The notes: generated from the letters alone by a model not told the origin. Counted from the first letter of the stretch, positions 24,221 to 38,357 are shown. The stretch is 64,000 bases of DNA from Selaginella moellendorffii (GCF_000143415.4 NW_003314286.1:1611718-1675717), one strand, 5' to 3'. Made by a program: numbers and translations.

Positions 24221-24510
24221 GCAGTGTGAAAACGGCAAAGCATCCACTAACTTATGCGATCCTCAATCAGGCAGCCGTAAAGTTCTTTCTGGTAACATAT
24301 CTTTTTTTTTCTTTTCTTGCTTTATCTTTGCTTCATTAACAAACGCAATGCTAGTTGCTGCTGCACTGACTTACAGGTAAAATCACAACGACTGCATAGA
24401 TCTTTCTCTCGACATATGTGGTTCTGGTTTGTGACAGATTGACGAGCAATCTCAATACGTTTGTATTGAAAAGAATGGTGGCTGTCGGTGGTGTACAAAC
24501 TTGTCCTCTC

Positions 24511-25939
24511 TCAGCAACCAATGGTGCTAGCTCGCCACTCCATCACAACGAGCGCGGCCTTGTAATGAGCATAAGCACCCAGGATAACCATGACGTGAAA
24601 TATCTGGTGGCTGTGTCCGGCAATGTCGAAGAACCCCGGCTTCCACCTTTCGGGAATCCTGGCAGCGTAGACAAGTGTCCCGGAGAGGTAGAAGACCACC
24701 ATGGCGAGCTCGTATCCCAGGACGACGAAGCACATCGGCATGTTCCAGTTCTGGACGACCGCATGAGCTCCTGGTATCACTCCGGACAGTCCCATGGAGA
24801 CGAAGAGCATGGTTCTAAAGATTCGGAACTTGGGAGAGTGGAGGCAGGGGATGACGGTAACGAAGACCGCGCCGATTCCAAACAGGGTGATCCCGGCGAG
24901 GTAGACGAATTGCCAGAGCGGCTGACAGTGGAAGACGTAGTAGATTGGCGGATAGAAGGACGTAGCGATCATCACTGCGATGCCGGCGTAGTCGAGCCTC
25001 CACATTAGCGAGGAGACGCTCCTCGAGTGGCAGGAGAGGAGGTGGGAGGTGCTGCTGGTTAGCAGGCACGTCATGGCTCCCAGGAGGAAGACGAAGAATG
25101 GCCATCGCGCAAACTCGGCTGGTGCTACTGGGACGCCTGCCGCGATTGATTCGTCCTGGTAGAGTGACAAAGGTGGTCAGTTCAGTTCTATTCGGGATCG
25201 AGCCACGTGAAGTTGGAAACTTACCAGGATTACGTGTGAGGCATTAAGTCCTGGCCGCTGGTGGAACACGCTGCTGCTGCTGCTACTTCTCGGCATGAGC
25301 AGCGACAGAGACGAGCTGCCGCTCATCACGAGTTCCTCCTGGAGCTTGTTAAACTTCGGCACGCTAGGGAGCCTCTCCCAGTTGCTGCTGGGCGCGTTCA
25401 CGTTGACAGCTGCGTAGATTGTGAGGGCCAGGAAGATGGCGAAGCCGACCAAGTGCCTGCATCGCAGTCGAGAGGAAGCTCTGAGCAACAGCGATCGAAA
25501 AAAGCGGAAGAAGTGGAGAAGCTCCACCAAAATGCTCCTTTTCCACCATCGGGAAGAACAGGAACAGGAGGGGGAAAACTTACGTCCAGATGTTGAGGGT
25601 CTCGTTGTGGACGGAGAAGATGCTGAGCAGCGTGTGCTTGAGCGGCCAGTCGGCGCGATAGTACTTGAGGATGTACTCGTTGTCACGCAGATAATCGGGC
25701 AATGCTTGGTACTCGACGAGCTCGTACTGCTCCTTGATGGTAACCCAGATCTTCTTCTTCTTGCCATCGCCGGCTTGCGTGGATGACGAGGAAGAAGGGT
25801 GATCGCCGGAAGACGAAGCCGAAGCAGTGGACACGGTCACCTCCTTGACGACTGCCCGCTTCTCCAGCACCGATTCGCTCCTCTGCTGCTGCCGGAGAGG
25901 GGAATTGGTCGTGGTGGGCTTGTGGGTCGTGCAACCCAT
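24511..25939 (-). CDS. Heptahelical transmembrane protein (HHP/PAQR/ADIPOR family)
   Basis: LPDYLRDNEYILKYYR; HNETLNIWTHL; RWPFFVFL; CHS...RLDYAGI; PERWKPGFFDIAGHSHQIFH. Confidence 0.93.
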
Positions 25940-26794
25940 CAACGCAAACTCTCGCGCGTCCTCGCTGCTTTCCTCCAAGAACTCTCCTGGCAACGATCGG
26001 GGCGTTAAAACTCAAGAACTCCAGGAAAGAAAACGGGGCCGAGAAGAGGGCCGAATGGAAAGGGAGCGAGCGAGCCGGGCGCGCGAGAGAGAGAGGGAAA
26101 GAGAGGGAGAGACGTGATCGATGAGAGAAGAATGTGGAGTGGTAGACCCACCAAATTAAAAAACAAAGCAAGCACAGCGAGGCCCAGCACAGCAAAAGGG
26201 GGAAGAAGCGCACAGTGCACGGCAATGCAATGCAATTCGCGAGAACAAGGCTCTGTGCTGGCCGTGTATGGATCCACGTTGGAAAGAAACCCTATTTATC
26301 GTCAAAGCGATGCGCTGCGAGACGGGCTTGGAAATCCAGGCGTTGACTCTCCCCTCTCCTCCACGTTGACTCTTCCCGTTGATCGTTGTGGACCGTCTCC
26401 CGCCCCCTTTCACTCCCCCATTCAATGCGCTCAGATTTTTCTTACCTGCAAAGTTTGTCACTACCACTAATCGCCGCCCGCGAGTCATCACCAACCAATC
26501 CAAGAACGACGCAACATTTGAATTCACCAAAGATTCCCGAGAATATTCTCTCGGAGATTTTTAACTTTAAAAAAATCCGCTGGCTTGGAAAATGTCAACG
26601 CGCGTTCTGTTATGGCCCAGAAAAATAGTCAACGCGTTCCATGGCCAGGAAAACCAACACTTTGTTCATCATTATCTAGGCAACATTTAGCAACCTGAGT
26701 GAGTTATGTGAGTATCTCTCACCATATCAAGATCTCGGATCGATCAGACTCTCCCCTTGCTCGCTCGCTCGCTCGAGTTGATCGAGTCGATCGA

Positions 26795-28806
26795 TCAACC
26801 CATGGAGTATGATGGAGCCGGGAGGTTGATGACCGTGGTCTTTATCTTGGTCATCATCGCGATGCTGTTTGTGACACCTTGAGAGCCGATGCCACTGTCT
26901 CGGAGTCCCTGCCACGCCAAAAAGTCGTGTGAGTTTTTTTTTTTGAACTTCCTTTCGTGGCTCCTGTTGCTTACCTGGAAGGGGAAGTGATCGGGACCAC
27001 GGGCAGGGGCAGAATTGATTTGCACGGTTCCGGTTTCCATTGCGTCGCTTATCATCATCGCCTTGTTTACGTCCCGGGTGAAGACGCATCCCTGCGAAGG
27101 AAATAAATCATGTTGATTGGGGTGAGATCAATGTAGAAAAGCTGTAGGTACCTGAAGCGCAAAGTTGCTCGCATTGCAGTGGTGGATTCCTTCTTCCACG
27201 CTGCTTATCCGGATGACAGGCACAATAGGACCGAATGGCTCTTCCCAGGCTATTCGCATGTCGGGTCTAACGTGGTCCAGCAGCAATGGCCATATGAGGT
27301 TGCCTTCCCTCTTGTATTCCTATACAGGCAAAGAAACGAAGGAACTCGGTTAAGAATTGGCAATGGTAAGGAGAGATGCAAACAAACCTGACAGAACGTT
27401 GCACCCTTTTCTTTTGCATCCTTCACGAGTCCTTCGATAAAGTTCGCAGACGATTCGGTCACCACAGCAGTAATGTCGCAGTCATCTTCAGGCGCACCTA
27501 CTTTCAGCTTTGCAATCTTCGCATTCACCTTGGAGACAAGATCGTCGGCCACGGATTCCATGACGAGCACTACTTTCACAGCGGTACAACGTTGGCCACT
27601 GCCAGAGAGTTAAAAAGTTAGTAAAAAACAAGTCGACGACGTCAAGAACACCTGTAAGAGAAGCCGCCTTTCACAACGTTAGCAGCAGCAAGATCAATGT
27701 CAGCATCATCTAGAACAATGCAAGCATCTTTTCCACCGAGCTCCATCTGGAGTGGAATCATCCCGGCTTTTTTGGAAATGGCGATACCAGTGTCACCACC
27801 TGTAAAGCTTTACACAAAAAAGAACACCGTTCAGTCCAGACCACGAAGACAGTATCAAAGACATACCTTATACAATGGACCCCAGGATGCATTGTTAAAA
27901 AGTCGCCTATTTCCGAGCCCTTTCCTGTTATACAGCTTATCAAGCCCTTCGGGAATCCAGCTCGATGGAAGCATTGCACGGTGTGCAAGCCGGCAACAGC
28001 CCCTTGCGTGGGCGGCTTCAGCACGATAGCATTTCCAGCGATCAAAGCGGGAGCGATCTTAGACACTGCGAGATTCACCGGATAATTAAATGGAGGGATG
28101 GCCAGGACAACTCCAAGAGGGATCTGCCAGTTAAACATATAAGTACACAACAAAGGAAGAAAAAAAAGCTATTTCCCACCTTTGAAGTGAGACATAACTT
28201 AGTCCTGTCATTGCCCGGGAAACTGTCAGAGACTAGAAACTTGCCCTCCGCCAAAATCCTCACACCCTCTTCCGCGGTGTATGAAATGAGATCTCCAGAT
28301 CGAACCACCTGTAGCCACGAAAACAATGTGGATGGTATTCATATAAACAAATGTGTACCACGAGATCCAGCAAAAAACAAAGGTAAAAGTAGTATAGATT
28401 CATACCTCCGAGACCGCATCCTTGGCAGGCTTGGCGATTTCCTTCACCAGGCACTCGGCGATGGGATCCTTGAGCTCCTTGAGCAGCGCCGCCGCCTTGT
28501 GGAGCGCCTCCGCGCGCTTCCACAGCGGTACCTTTGCCCACAGCTTTTGCGCCGCCTTGGCGCTGTCAATCGCCTTGTTTACCTCTTCTTGCGTGCATGC
28601 TGCGCGAGATCCCACACAGATCGACCGAAATTCTCACCAGCAAGAGCCATAATCCCACCTTGGACCTTGTACTGCGCCTCCCGGGTGGAGGGGTTGTAAA
28701 TCGTGACCGATTTGCCCGACGACGATGTCCTCCACTCGCCATCCGCGTAGTACTTGTAGACGCCGCCGTCGATGATCTCCTCGAATGGCCCAGTCCCAGC
28801 AGCCAT
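26795..28806 (-). CDS. GAPN: NADP-dependent non-phosphorylating glyceraldehyde-3-phosphate dehydrogenase (ALDH11)
   Basis: YKYYADGEW; PLWKRAE; [14 protein letters not shown]; FTGG; MELGGKD; SGQRCTA; EEPFGP; [11 protein letters not shown]; TVINLP. Confidence 0.96.
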
Positions 28807-28899
28807 GGCGATTGTGGATCGATCTTCCTCCTCCCCTGGAATGAGCGAGCTATCTAAACCCCAATGCCTCGTAAGAATGTGAAAAGCCTGTACGAGAGA

Positions 28900-28912
28900 C
28901 ACGTGGACCAAT
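28900..28912. promoter_or_regulatory. G-box (CACGTG) with adjacent CCAAT, ~95 bp upstream of the GAPN ATG
   Basis: GACACGTGGACCAAT; motif match only. Confidence 0.35.
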
Positions 28913-29080
28913 GCACAGTGATCATTTGCTCGTGGCTAGGATGCTGCCAGCTCGGCCACGAATATCCTTCAAAAAAGCCGCGATCCGGTGGTAGATGGAC
29001 GTCAAGATCTCGAGACAATGCCAAAACGTGATTGCACGAATCCAGGTGAAAAATCCTTTTTACTCAACAGGTTTTTACCG

Positions 29081-31150
29081 CTAATTTAAATCTCGCGCCA
29101 ATTCCATCCCGCCTTTGATGGTGTTCGAGAGGAGCACGTAGGCGGAGGAGTCGCGAGGGCAAATTTCCAGCATTTGTTCCAGCACGCGAGATCCACTCGC
29201 TCGATCGCAATGGCTCCGGCAAGCAGCGAGCAGGCTCCTCCAATCCACCAGATCGGGCACGAATGGCATTCGCGACACCAGCTCCAGCGATTCTTCCAGG
29301 TGCCCCGATCGGCCCAGCAGATCGATCAGGCAGCTGTAGTGTTGCTTCCCGGCCTGGAGATCGAAATCCGCCGCCATGGCTGAGAAGTAGGACTTCCCAA
29401 GATCTGGCTTCCCAGCGCGGCTGCAAGCAACTAGGAGAGACACGAAGCAAGATTCGTCGAAAGGTACGCCCCTGATCTTCATCTCGTCGCTCAGGTCGAT
29501 TGCCTGGGAGAGATTTCCACTGTGCGAGTATCCAACCAGCATTGCGCTCCATGACGCAAGGCTTTGCTCTTCCATTCCATTGAAGATCTTGCAAGCTCGC
29601 GGGAGATTTCCTCTCAGCGCGAATGCAACGATCATGGTGTTCCAAGTGATCGAATCGCGCTCCGGCATCTCATAGAGAAGGATGAGTGCTCGCTCTAGAA
29701 GGCCACAGTGAGTAAACGAGGAAAGGAGCGTGTTCCAAGAGACCTGGATGTGTTGGGGCATGGAATCGAACATCCTCTGGGCCTCTTCCAGATACCCGGC
29801 CTGAGAATATGCCGCCAGCATCGTATCCCAGGATACCACATTTCTTTGGGGGAGAGAATCAAACAAGCACTTGGCATTTTCCAATTGCCCAGCTTGGGTA
29901 TATGCGGACAGCATAATGTTCAAGGACACTAAATTCCATCTGAGCATTTTCTCAAAGGTTTCCTTTGCTAGCTTTACGTCATTGTTTAACGAATATGCGG
30001 AAAGCATAGCCGTGCACGAAATCACGTCCCTTTGAGGCATCTGGTCGAACACTTGCTTGGCATGAGAAATATTCCCTACCTGGGCATATCCGAAAAGAAG
30101 TGAGTTCCACGAGAGAAGGTTCCTTTCCGGCATGCTGTCAAAATGTTTCCTAGCCTGGGACATGTCGCCTTGCCCAGCATATGCCGATACCATAGAAGTT
30201 TGAGATACCAGATTATGTACAGGCATGTCGTGAAACACTCGCTCGGCATCATCGAGAAGACTGTTTTGGGCATATGCTGTAAGAAGCGCATTCCATGTAA
30301 AGAGATTCCATTGTGGCATAGAATCAAATGTAGATTTGGCGTCGTCGACGTCCCCGTTTTGACCAAGCGCAGTGACCATCATAGTCCACGACACTATGTT
30401 TCTGAGTGGCATCTCACAAAATATCCCTTTTGCATCTTCAAGATGCCCGTTGTGGGCATATGCTGTTAGCATGGCGTTCCATGCTGGCAAATCCCTCTCT
30501 GGCATCTCATCAAAAATTTCTTTGGCCTCCTCAAAGTCTTTGTTTTGAGAATATGCAGCTAGAATGGCAGTCCATGTTACTAGGTCACGCTGGGGAATAT
30601 CGTCAAAGATTGCTCTAGCTTCCTCTATATATCCTTGTTGGGCATATGCCAAGAGAACGGCCGTCCAAGATGCCAGATTCTTTTCTGGCATCTTGGAAAA
30701 CGTTTCGCTGGCTTCTTCAAGAAGCCCGTGCTTGGCCTGTAAAATAACTAGGCTCGCCCACGAGATCAAATCCCTCTCGGGCATTTTGTCAAAAACTGCT
30801 TTGGCATCGAGCAAATTCCCTGTTTGGGTAAGCGCGACGACCAAAATGTTCCACGCGATCAAGCTCGGCTCTGGGATTGCACCAAAGAATCTCTTAGCAT
30901 GGTCTAGATGGCCGCTGCGTGTGTATGCCAACAACATGAACTCCCAAGAGAAGGAATTCTTGTGTTGGATGGCATTGAAGATTTGGAGTGCCTCAACAGC
31001 TCCCTTGCACTCCGCATACATTTTGATCAGCTTGTTGTGCATGAAAACATCGTTGGGCTTGAGGAAGGGCTTGACTCGAGCGTGAGCAACTTTAGCTGCA
31101 GATAATGTCTTGCATGAGTCAAGGAAACTAGCACATTCATCACGAAGCAT
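29081..31150 (-). CDS. PLS-class PPR protein with a long tandem array of ~31-aa S/SS motifs plus E domain, no DYW, intronless
   Basis: Repeated [N/D]xxSWxxxxxAYAQxGxxxxAxxxFDxMP; HYSCLIDLLGRSG; WRSLLAAC; AYVLLSN. First ATG at 31150 (ORF open from 31207). Confidence 0.92.
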   Translation of the reverse strand: MLRDECASFLDSCKTLSAAKVAHARVKPFLKPNDVFMHNKLIKMYAECKGAVEALQIFNAIQHKNSFSWEFMLLAYTRSGHLDHAKRFFGAIPEPSLIAWNILVVALTQTGNLLDAKAVFDKMPERDLISWASLVILQAKHGLLEEASETFSKMPEKNLASWTAVLLAYAQQGYIEEARAIFDDIPQRDLVTWTAILAAYSQNKDFEEAKEIFDEMPERDLPAWNAMLTAYAHNGHLEDAKGIFCEMPLRNIVSWTMMVTALGQNGDVDDAKSTFDSMPQWNLFTWNALLTAYAQNSLLDDAERVFHDMPVHNLVSQTSMVSAYAGQGDMSQARKHFDSMPERNLLSWNSLLFGYAQVGNISHAKQVFDQMPQRDVISCTAMLSAYSLNNDVKLAKETFEKMLRWNLVSLNIMLSAYTQAGQLENAKCLFDSLPQRNVVSWDTMLAAYSQAGYLEEAQRMFDSMPQHIQVSWNTLLSSFTHCGLLERALILLYEMPERDSITWNTMIVAFALRGNLPRACKIFNGMEEQSLASWSAMLVGYSHSGNLSQAIDLSDEMKIRGVPFDESCFVSLLVACSRAGKPDLGKSYFSAMAADFDLQAGKQHYSCLIDLLGRSGHLEESLELVSRMPFVPDLVDWRSLLAACRSHCDRASGSRVLEQMLEICPRDSSAYVLLSNTIKGGMELARDLN

Positions 31151-33799
31151 TTCCCATGTCTTCAAATCACGTTTATATCCAATAGTAGATGTTCCACAAC
31201 CAGTCACAATTTGCTGCTTTAATTTTCACAATTTTTAAAATTTGTTGATTTATTTATTCAAATTTTAAAATTAAGGACAAAATTAACAAAGTTGATATGA
31301 AGTAATAAAAGTTTTTATTAAGAACAATCACTTTCTTTAAAAATAAATATGATATAGTTTAAGTAGTTTATATAATATTTCTCTTGGAAAACTTTCCCAC
31401 AAAATGAAATAAATTTTATAATATTTATTTATGGAGAAATAAAACATAATGTTACAAAAGTCTTATTATGGATTTATGTGAATTTAATTTAGTTAATCAG
31501 TCCCACACATTCATAAGAATGAATGACAAATAATCCACCTAAATCATCAAACAATTATTTATTAAATTATTCACTAAAATTTTATTTAGTAAAAAATTAT
31601 TCACTAAATTTATTATGTCAGAGTATGACATCACTGCATCTTCTAAATTAGTAAACGGTTTCTATGTATGCAAAAGTTTATAGGAGCAAATGATTTAAGT
31701 ATAAATATATAAATGTTTTTTTGTTTTTTAAATAGTTTTTAATTTTATAAAGAAAAACATTTACAATTACACCTCATTTATAATCATCCATCTCTATTTT
31801 ACATTGCAATTTAATTTTACTATGAAATTCAAACATAATCTCTTGATTGTGAACTTATGTTTATACTTACAATAATTGATGGCACTCCATAAAATAATAA
31901 TTTAACAAATATAAAAATTTCAAATATTTCTTATAAAACAATTTAAAAGGTTTAGGATATAAATAAACTAAATAAGTTTATATATTATTTTTATTTATAT
32001 CAATTAAATCCAGCATTATCTATGGATTTAATTTTATCATAATTATTTTTTCCAAAATTTCTTTAGTCTGCAACATATTATTTCAACAAATATTGCATTT
32101 AAATTAGTTTTGATAAATAAATATAACAATGCTTAATGCTAAATGTAGTACAACTTTGTAATATCAAACACTATATCATTTTCTCAATTACTTATATTAT
32201 CATAGTAAGTAATAAAAAAATTCCATTCTAATAAGATGGCATAGTTTTGCAAGTTTTAGAACTAAAGTAAAAGGCTTAAGTTCATATTAAAAAATACTAA
32301 ATGAATCATAAACTTAGCATTGGAAATTTTAAGAATTATTCTTTCTTTTAGCTTCTTTCTTAAGTTTTATCTTCATTACTTCCTATTCCTTTACTCTTTA
32401 ACTTTCAATTTTTTCTTCTTTGTTGCTTTAATTTAAAAAGAAAAAATTAGTTACTTCTTTTTCTCTCTTCTTTTTTTGGTGGTTGTTAGTTTTTTCATTT
32501 TTTATATATTGTTACTTTTTCTTTTTCATTTTTCCTTACAACTCTTTCTTTTTTTACTTCTGTTTTTTCATGCTTTTATAATAGCAATGGAATTATGAAT
32601 AATGAACTTGTTAAAACAATCCCAATATTAACTTGCAACAGTAATCTAATTTAAGGATAATATTGTACTCTTGCAAGTAGTTTTGCATATAAATATGTCA
32701 CCCTATCATTTTGTGTTTGTTTTTCAATACAGCTTATTCAAGTTCATATATATGATACTTATGTTGCTCAACTCAAAGATTTGACAAAGCCCTAAGGAAA
32801 CAAAATTATAAATAAATGAGATTATTGATTGAGAAGTGTTTTTCAACTTAATTTGGTTATTCAGACTATTTAGGAAGTTCGAGATGGTCAAGTTGGTTGG
32901 GTTAGGTACTCTATTATTTCAATGAACTTTATGCAGGTATGTATGCTTTAGTGTTATGTGTGTTTGTCGTTGATATAATTATAAAGAACCAACTCACCAA
33001 AGTGTCATAGTTAAAGTACTATAGAGAGGGGGGGGGGGGCAGAAGGGGCGGAAAGGGTGTTGCAAAAGGTTCCAAAAGTATAATATAAAGTTATAAACTT
33101 AGTTTTGAAAGAATTTTTTAGTGATGCTTTTAAATTGAGTTAGGGTTGAGACTAACTAAAGGTTAGTACTTGGGTGGGAGTAAACATGAACTTCATGAGT
33201 GCTAAAGATACTCTTCAAATAAGTGATTAAAAGCAATTCCTATTTCTAAAAGGGAAAACCTACAATGCTCCCAACTTAAGTGGAATATTACCCCACTTAA
33301 ATATGATAAAGCTTAATGGTCCTCACCCCTTTTTAAGGGATTAGGCTTTCTCTTTGGGATGGAGGTGGGGAGTTTCTTTCCTCTAAAGCCAATTAGAAAA
33401 AGGGGTAATTGCTTAGAATAACAATATGTTTGAATCTCATCTCAAGATTATATATGCTACACTCACCCCCCTTTTCAAAGTGTTAATGTTTTTATTGATT
33501 ATTACTAAGCCATACTAAATCTACCAACCTTTCTATTATATAAACCAATTATTCTATGTGAAGCAATCAATTATCCACCTATATTGCAATCCCACAGTGG
33601 ATATCTTCGTCTATGGATGCTTTACAAAACAAAGGACGTACTCATGAATGGCCAATACATATGATTTTAATTTTAGGGGTATAAATATATCATATTTAAA
33701 GGTATATTATATTTTCTCTAATACCACATTTATCTCAACATATCTCTCTCCTCTTAAGCCAATTGGAAAAGAAACAATTATTTACCTTTAGTTATCCCC

Positions 33800-36057
33800 A
33801 TTTATCCACTAAGGTTCTCAAGGATCCACAACAACAATATATCAAAAATTTTATCCCATGATCATATATGCTATATTATAGGATCTATAATGAATTTTAA
33901 AGGTTATTTTTTCCACATCTTGATCTATAATCCATATTTGATGATACTTGGATTGTAAATCAGGTCAAATAAAGTACTTAACCTTTAAGAGTTAGTCAAA
34001 TAGGTAAAAAATGCATATATAACTTTTGGCAATAACCTTCATGAGTTGCTTTTTAAGTTTAACCATTTTCTTGATGTGTAAATAATATGGAACCTTTGTA
34101 TGTGATTTAGAATCTAAAACAATCTCAATGTAATGATTAACTTTATAGTTAAGAGAAAACCTTGGTGGTAAATTTGTTAAAAAAGTATCTTGATTCCTTG
34201 ACAACAACTTTATAACATATGCTTATTTGAATTTAAACCTAAAAGATTTTACATATTTTTTTAAATGTTCTTTTAGTTGCTTTTGTAATCAAGAACCTAG
34301 TATTTTAATTTCTAAATGAGTGATTTGCAACTAAAAGGATATATGAGAATAACCTTTTAACCTCAATGTGATTCAACTCTATTTAAATCCACTCAACAAA
34401 TATATTCTAAGGATATATTTGTTAAAGAAATCCATACTAAACACCATCTAAAAGTTTGGTATTTTTAACACAATTAAATTCAATTTTTCTTTCCACTTTG
34501 ATATATTTATTAGTACACTATTCATAAATTTTTTGGCTACTTATCCACCTTTTGTAAATTGAAACTACATGAGAGACATTTACTCATCTTTCAAGCCTAA
34601 CAATTTAATAAATTCTTTGGATATCATGGTATATATAACTCTTATGTCAATTATCATTTGGATTTGATTTCCATAAATAAAGTTTATAAAATACATCAAT
34701 AGATTAGTGTTTGCATTGACTATGGAAAAAATTTAAAGAAAATAAATTACCTCTTCTTCCTCATAGTATTTATTAACCAATTCGTCAACCCTTTTAACTT
34801 CACCACTACTGTCTTCCCTCATGACATTAATATGAGATCTCATTTTATAATTGTTGCGACATTCCAAGAACTTATATTTTACCTCTCAACACTAGAAACA
34901 ATTAGAAACTAGTAGAAACTATTATTGCTTGAACCCACTAGATAAAAAAATTGAGGGCTTAAGATTAAATGAAGTAGCTAGCAAATGCTAAGTATTACCT
35001 TTATTAACCATGACTTATGAATCTTTAAAGTAAAATTTCCCTTCCACTCTTTGTTTTTGTTCATCTTGTTTATTCTTGAAATTTTTATTTTTATTTGAGA
35101 TCAATATATAATTGTTGATATTCTTCCATAAGTGAGTTATTGAAGGAAATTTGTTTTTTACCTTTTTACACTCTAAATATAACTTTAACTTAAATTTCAA
35201 AATTTTATTATGAGAAAGTGAATGTAAACCTTTCAAGAAATAATTCCTAACATCTTTATTTGTAATTATAATGCATTTCTAGACAAAAAAATTAATATTG
35301 TTCATAAAGTCCCCACATTGCTTTAACTAATATAGCTCTATGTAAATCTTAAGACCAAAATCATTTGGTAAGTATTTCTTATAAATACGAGTTTACATCT
35401 TAATCTAGCTTCTAATATGCCTTTTCTCAACACACACTTGGCACCACTAAGTTTTAGCATGATTGGTGCATAAAAATTACATATATACAACTTTTATATG
35501 ATCATCTATGTTTGCCACTATAAAATAATTTGTTATATTGTAGATTTAATACTCCAAAACCTAATAATCCCATATGCATATGAGGTTGAATGGCTTGAAC
35601 TTTGAAATTCATACAATTAAAAGTGGTTATAAAACTTTATCATCCTCAAAACTTGAAAAGGAGTCTGATTATTTTAGGTTTAACTGCCTCTGCTTTTTTC
35701 TTTCTATTTTTGTTCTCCGTCTTTAATTTGTAAACTTCCTTTCACAAATTCTCAATCTCAATATCTTGAGCTGTACACTATAGCAATGCAACTAAGCTTA
35801 AGTTCTTCCCCCCTTAATTTACTTGTATTAAAGTTTTAGCAGCATCAATATAATTCATTTTCACTATTTCACTAATTGTTTATATGCCTCTATTATTAAA
35901 TGAGTATATATACAACATTCTTACTAAATGATTCAATCTAATTAATCCTATATAGGTCAATTTGGATCTTCTAGGAAAGTCTTTGCATATGTAATTGAAG
36001 TTAAAAATTTTGACAAAAGTTGAATAGAAATCACTGAGATAATACTTTGATACCAAA
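33800..36057 (-). mobile_element. Degenerate Ty3/gypsy PBS-gag-protease-pol N-terminus
   Basis: PBS TGGTATCAAAGT (36044-36055) two nt from an LTR-terminal CA; zinc knuckle CF*C*EVKYKFLEC (34859-34900); protease IIDIRVIY, relic of xVDTGATH (~34630-34655); LPP...VNHYIEIV...KVPYYL...LKKQL (33992-34170). Confidence 0.85.
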
Positions 36058-37244
36058 TGGAGTGCACAAAAATTTGGAATTAAATCCCAAGACATTGCAT
36101 TATAGGATGGGGATCTAATATGCACTCAATTCTTTTACAAGCATTGTATTTAACTCTTGTATATAAAATAATATCAAGTATAGTAGAAAGTTTATCATAA
36201 TTTCAATATACCACTAGCCTAACATAAAGAGGTAGGTACCCCACTGACTAGCATAATATGGAGCTTGGGTTTAGACCTAAGCTAAACACAAACAAAGATC
36301 AACATAACTTAGTAGAAGCCAAACTAATGTTTTAGGAATTGATTATATTTTCAACTATTATCCCTACTATACATTTAAAACCCTCTTTATAACCCTTTGC
36401 CCCTTCCTCTGATGCACCCTCGCTAATGTGGAAGTTCATTTTGGGCTTTCACCCTAGAACCAAGAGAGAGTCTCTAGGACAGCTAAAAAGTTTATTAAAT
36501 ATAAAATTATACTAAATTATGAAATAATTCCTACATATCATTAGGTTATTAGGGAAAGCAAGACTAATACATAAAGCATGATAGCAAAGGTGTTTAATTA
36601 TGGAGGAAAACTCTATAAACACCAAGATTAGCAAGTATGGAAAAACCATTGCTACCTAGGAAGTTGAAACTTCTCATGCTCTAGTGCTAATTGTCACTAC
36701 AGCCATGCAAAAGTTTAGCCTCCTCAACACTAGCCTGTTTAGTAATGCCATTGTTGCTCTCCATCACACTAAGCATTTGTTCTTTGCTTCCCATTAAGCC
36801 TATTTTTTTATTTTGTTTCTCACAATTGATACAAAGGGTCACAACCTTATGATTATTACTAATCCCTCACTAATTAATCACACTTAGTTTAAAATAAAGG
36901 GAAACCTATGATCTTGACTTTCACAAGCACACTCTAGCACCTTGATATTAATGTACACAATAAGCTATCATTTAGCAATATTAAGGGATTGAGTTCAATA
37001 TTGTGATGGCTCTCAATACTTAACTAGTGCATATTAATAAACAATTTTATAATCAAATCAAGTATATTTGATAATATGATTTAAGAATTCCATTCATATG
37101 CTCTTTTAGTCAAGTGTATATGTGATGACTAAATTCTCAACTAGCTTAAATAAAGACTAATAAAGAAAACCAAAAATATTAACCTTGTATAGTTGTAATA
37201 TAATAAAAGAATATTTGAAAGGACTAGCTGATAAATATATTTTT

Positions 37245-37760
37245 ATAGCACATGTGGTTTTCACCTTTTACTTTATAATGATTTCTCATAAAATAACCAT
37301 GGAATGAAACATAACCTTTAGACATATGGACCAGAGGTAATGGAACAAAACCCAAGTTTTATGGTTTTGAGCCATTTAAGGAAGGAATGAAGCTAAATTC
37401 TCAAGCATATAACCAAAAAACTAAGAAATTAAAATATAATAAAATTCCTGAGTATATAGTAAAGGAGTGAAAGAACAAGAGTAGAGATCAACTCCCAAAT
37501 ATATAGCCAATAAACAAAATAATAAATGTCTAAAACAATATTAGAATTTCCTAAAGCATCTAGCATCCTAACACCAAAACTAATACATAAAATAAAGTCA
37601 AATGAAATTTGACAATATTTTAGCATACTAATAGTCTAATACAAGAACATGAATACTCTACCAAGTATGGTATGGCATTTGGGATTATACCCAAGGCAAA
37701 TGCAGAACAAGAACAAATATGCATAGTAGAAAGCTAAAATATATCTCAAATTAGTATGCA
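37245..37760 (+). mobile_element. LTR-like repeat, family A (other copies ~36100-36340 +, 40696-40830 +, 41690-42198 -, 42200-42490 +)
   Basis: Shared terminus T(G/A)TAGCA(C/T)A(C/T)GTGGTTTT and alignable bodies. Confidence 0.75.
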
Positions 37761-38093
37761 ATGCTTGACATATACACTATCTTTACTATACATAAAACCC
37801 CCTATTTACAATTTATAAAACTAAAATCAACTTAACAAATAAAGGTGTAGGAAGGAAAGTTAAGATAGGTGAGGTGATTTAAGGTATTAGGAAAGCAATA
37901 ATTGTAGGTAAGGATGGAAAGTATTTAAAGTTTAAATTTGAGGTACATATTTTTTAGTATCTCGGATTGAATATGAATAAACTAAAAAAATCTTTATAAA
38001 AAAAAACACTAAAAATATGCTAGATATTTGGCATCTCTCTATATTTATTGAGAGTATACTAACCACTACTTGTGGAGTTTTTAACTAGACAAT

Positions 38094-38357
38094 TGTTGTG
38101 AATGTGATTGTGGCTATTGAATGTTACTTGTCAGTGAGTTCTTTTAGATATTTTTCTCTTACTACCACAACAGCAAGAGATTGGTATTGTTAATTGGCAT
38201 AAGTACATATATAATAACCAATTTCTCAACTTGCTTGAGCAAAGATTGGTAAAGAATCTAACAATACCAACCTTTTGTGATTATGGCAGTAGAAGAAAAA
38301 TATCTGAAATGCCTTGTTGACAGGTAATTTTCAATACCCATAGTCACATTCATGATA
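38094..38357. repeat. Fold-back with ~97-bp imperfect inverted arms; a third homologous copy at ~40845-40985
   Basis: 38094-38192 aligns to the reverse complement of 38260-38357. Confidence 0.75.

Noticed and set aside
24418-25008. 196-aa + strand ORF
   Set aside because: Antisense to the GC-rich HHP exon, with no recognisable motifs.
29081-31150. ~93-bp periodicity as a CRISPR-like array
   Set aside because: It is coding PPR motif repetition, with no invariant repeat and unique spacer structure, in eukaryotic DNA.
33027-33058. Poly-G/G-rich tract as a functional G-quadruplex
   Set aside because: It lies within an LTR-like relic related to ~36350-36420 (inverted); no independent support.
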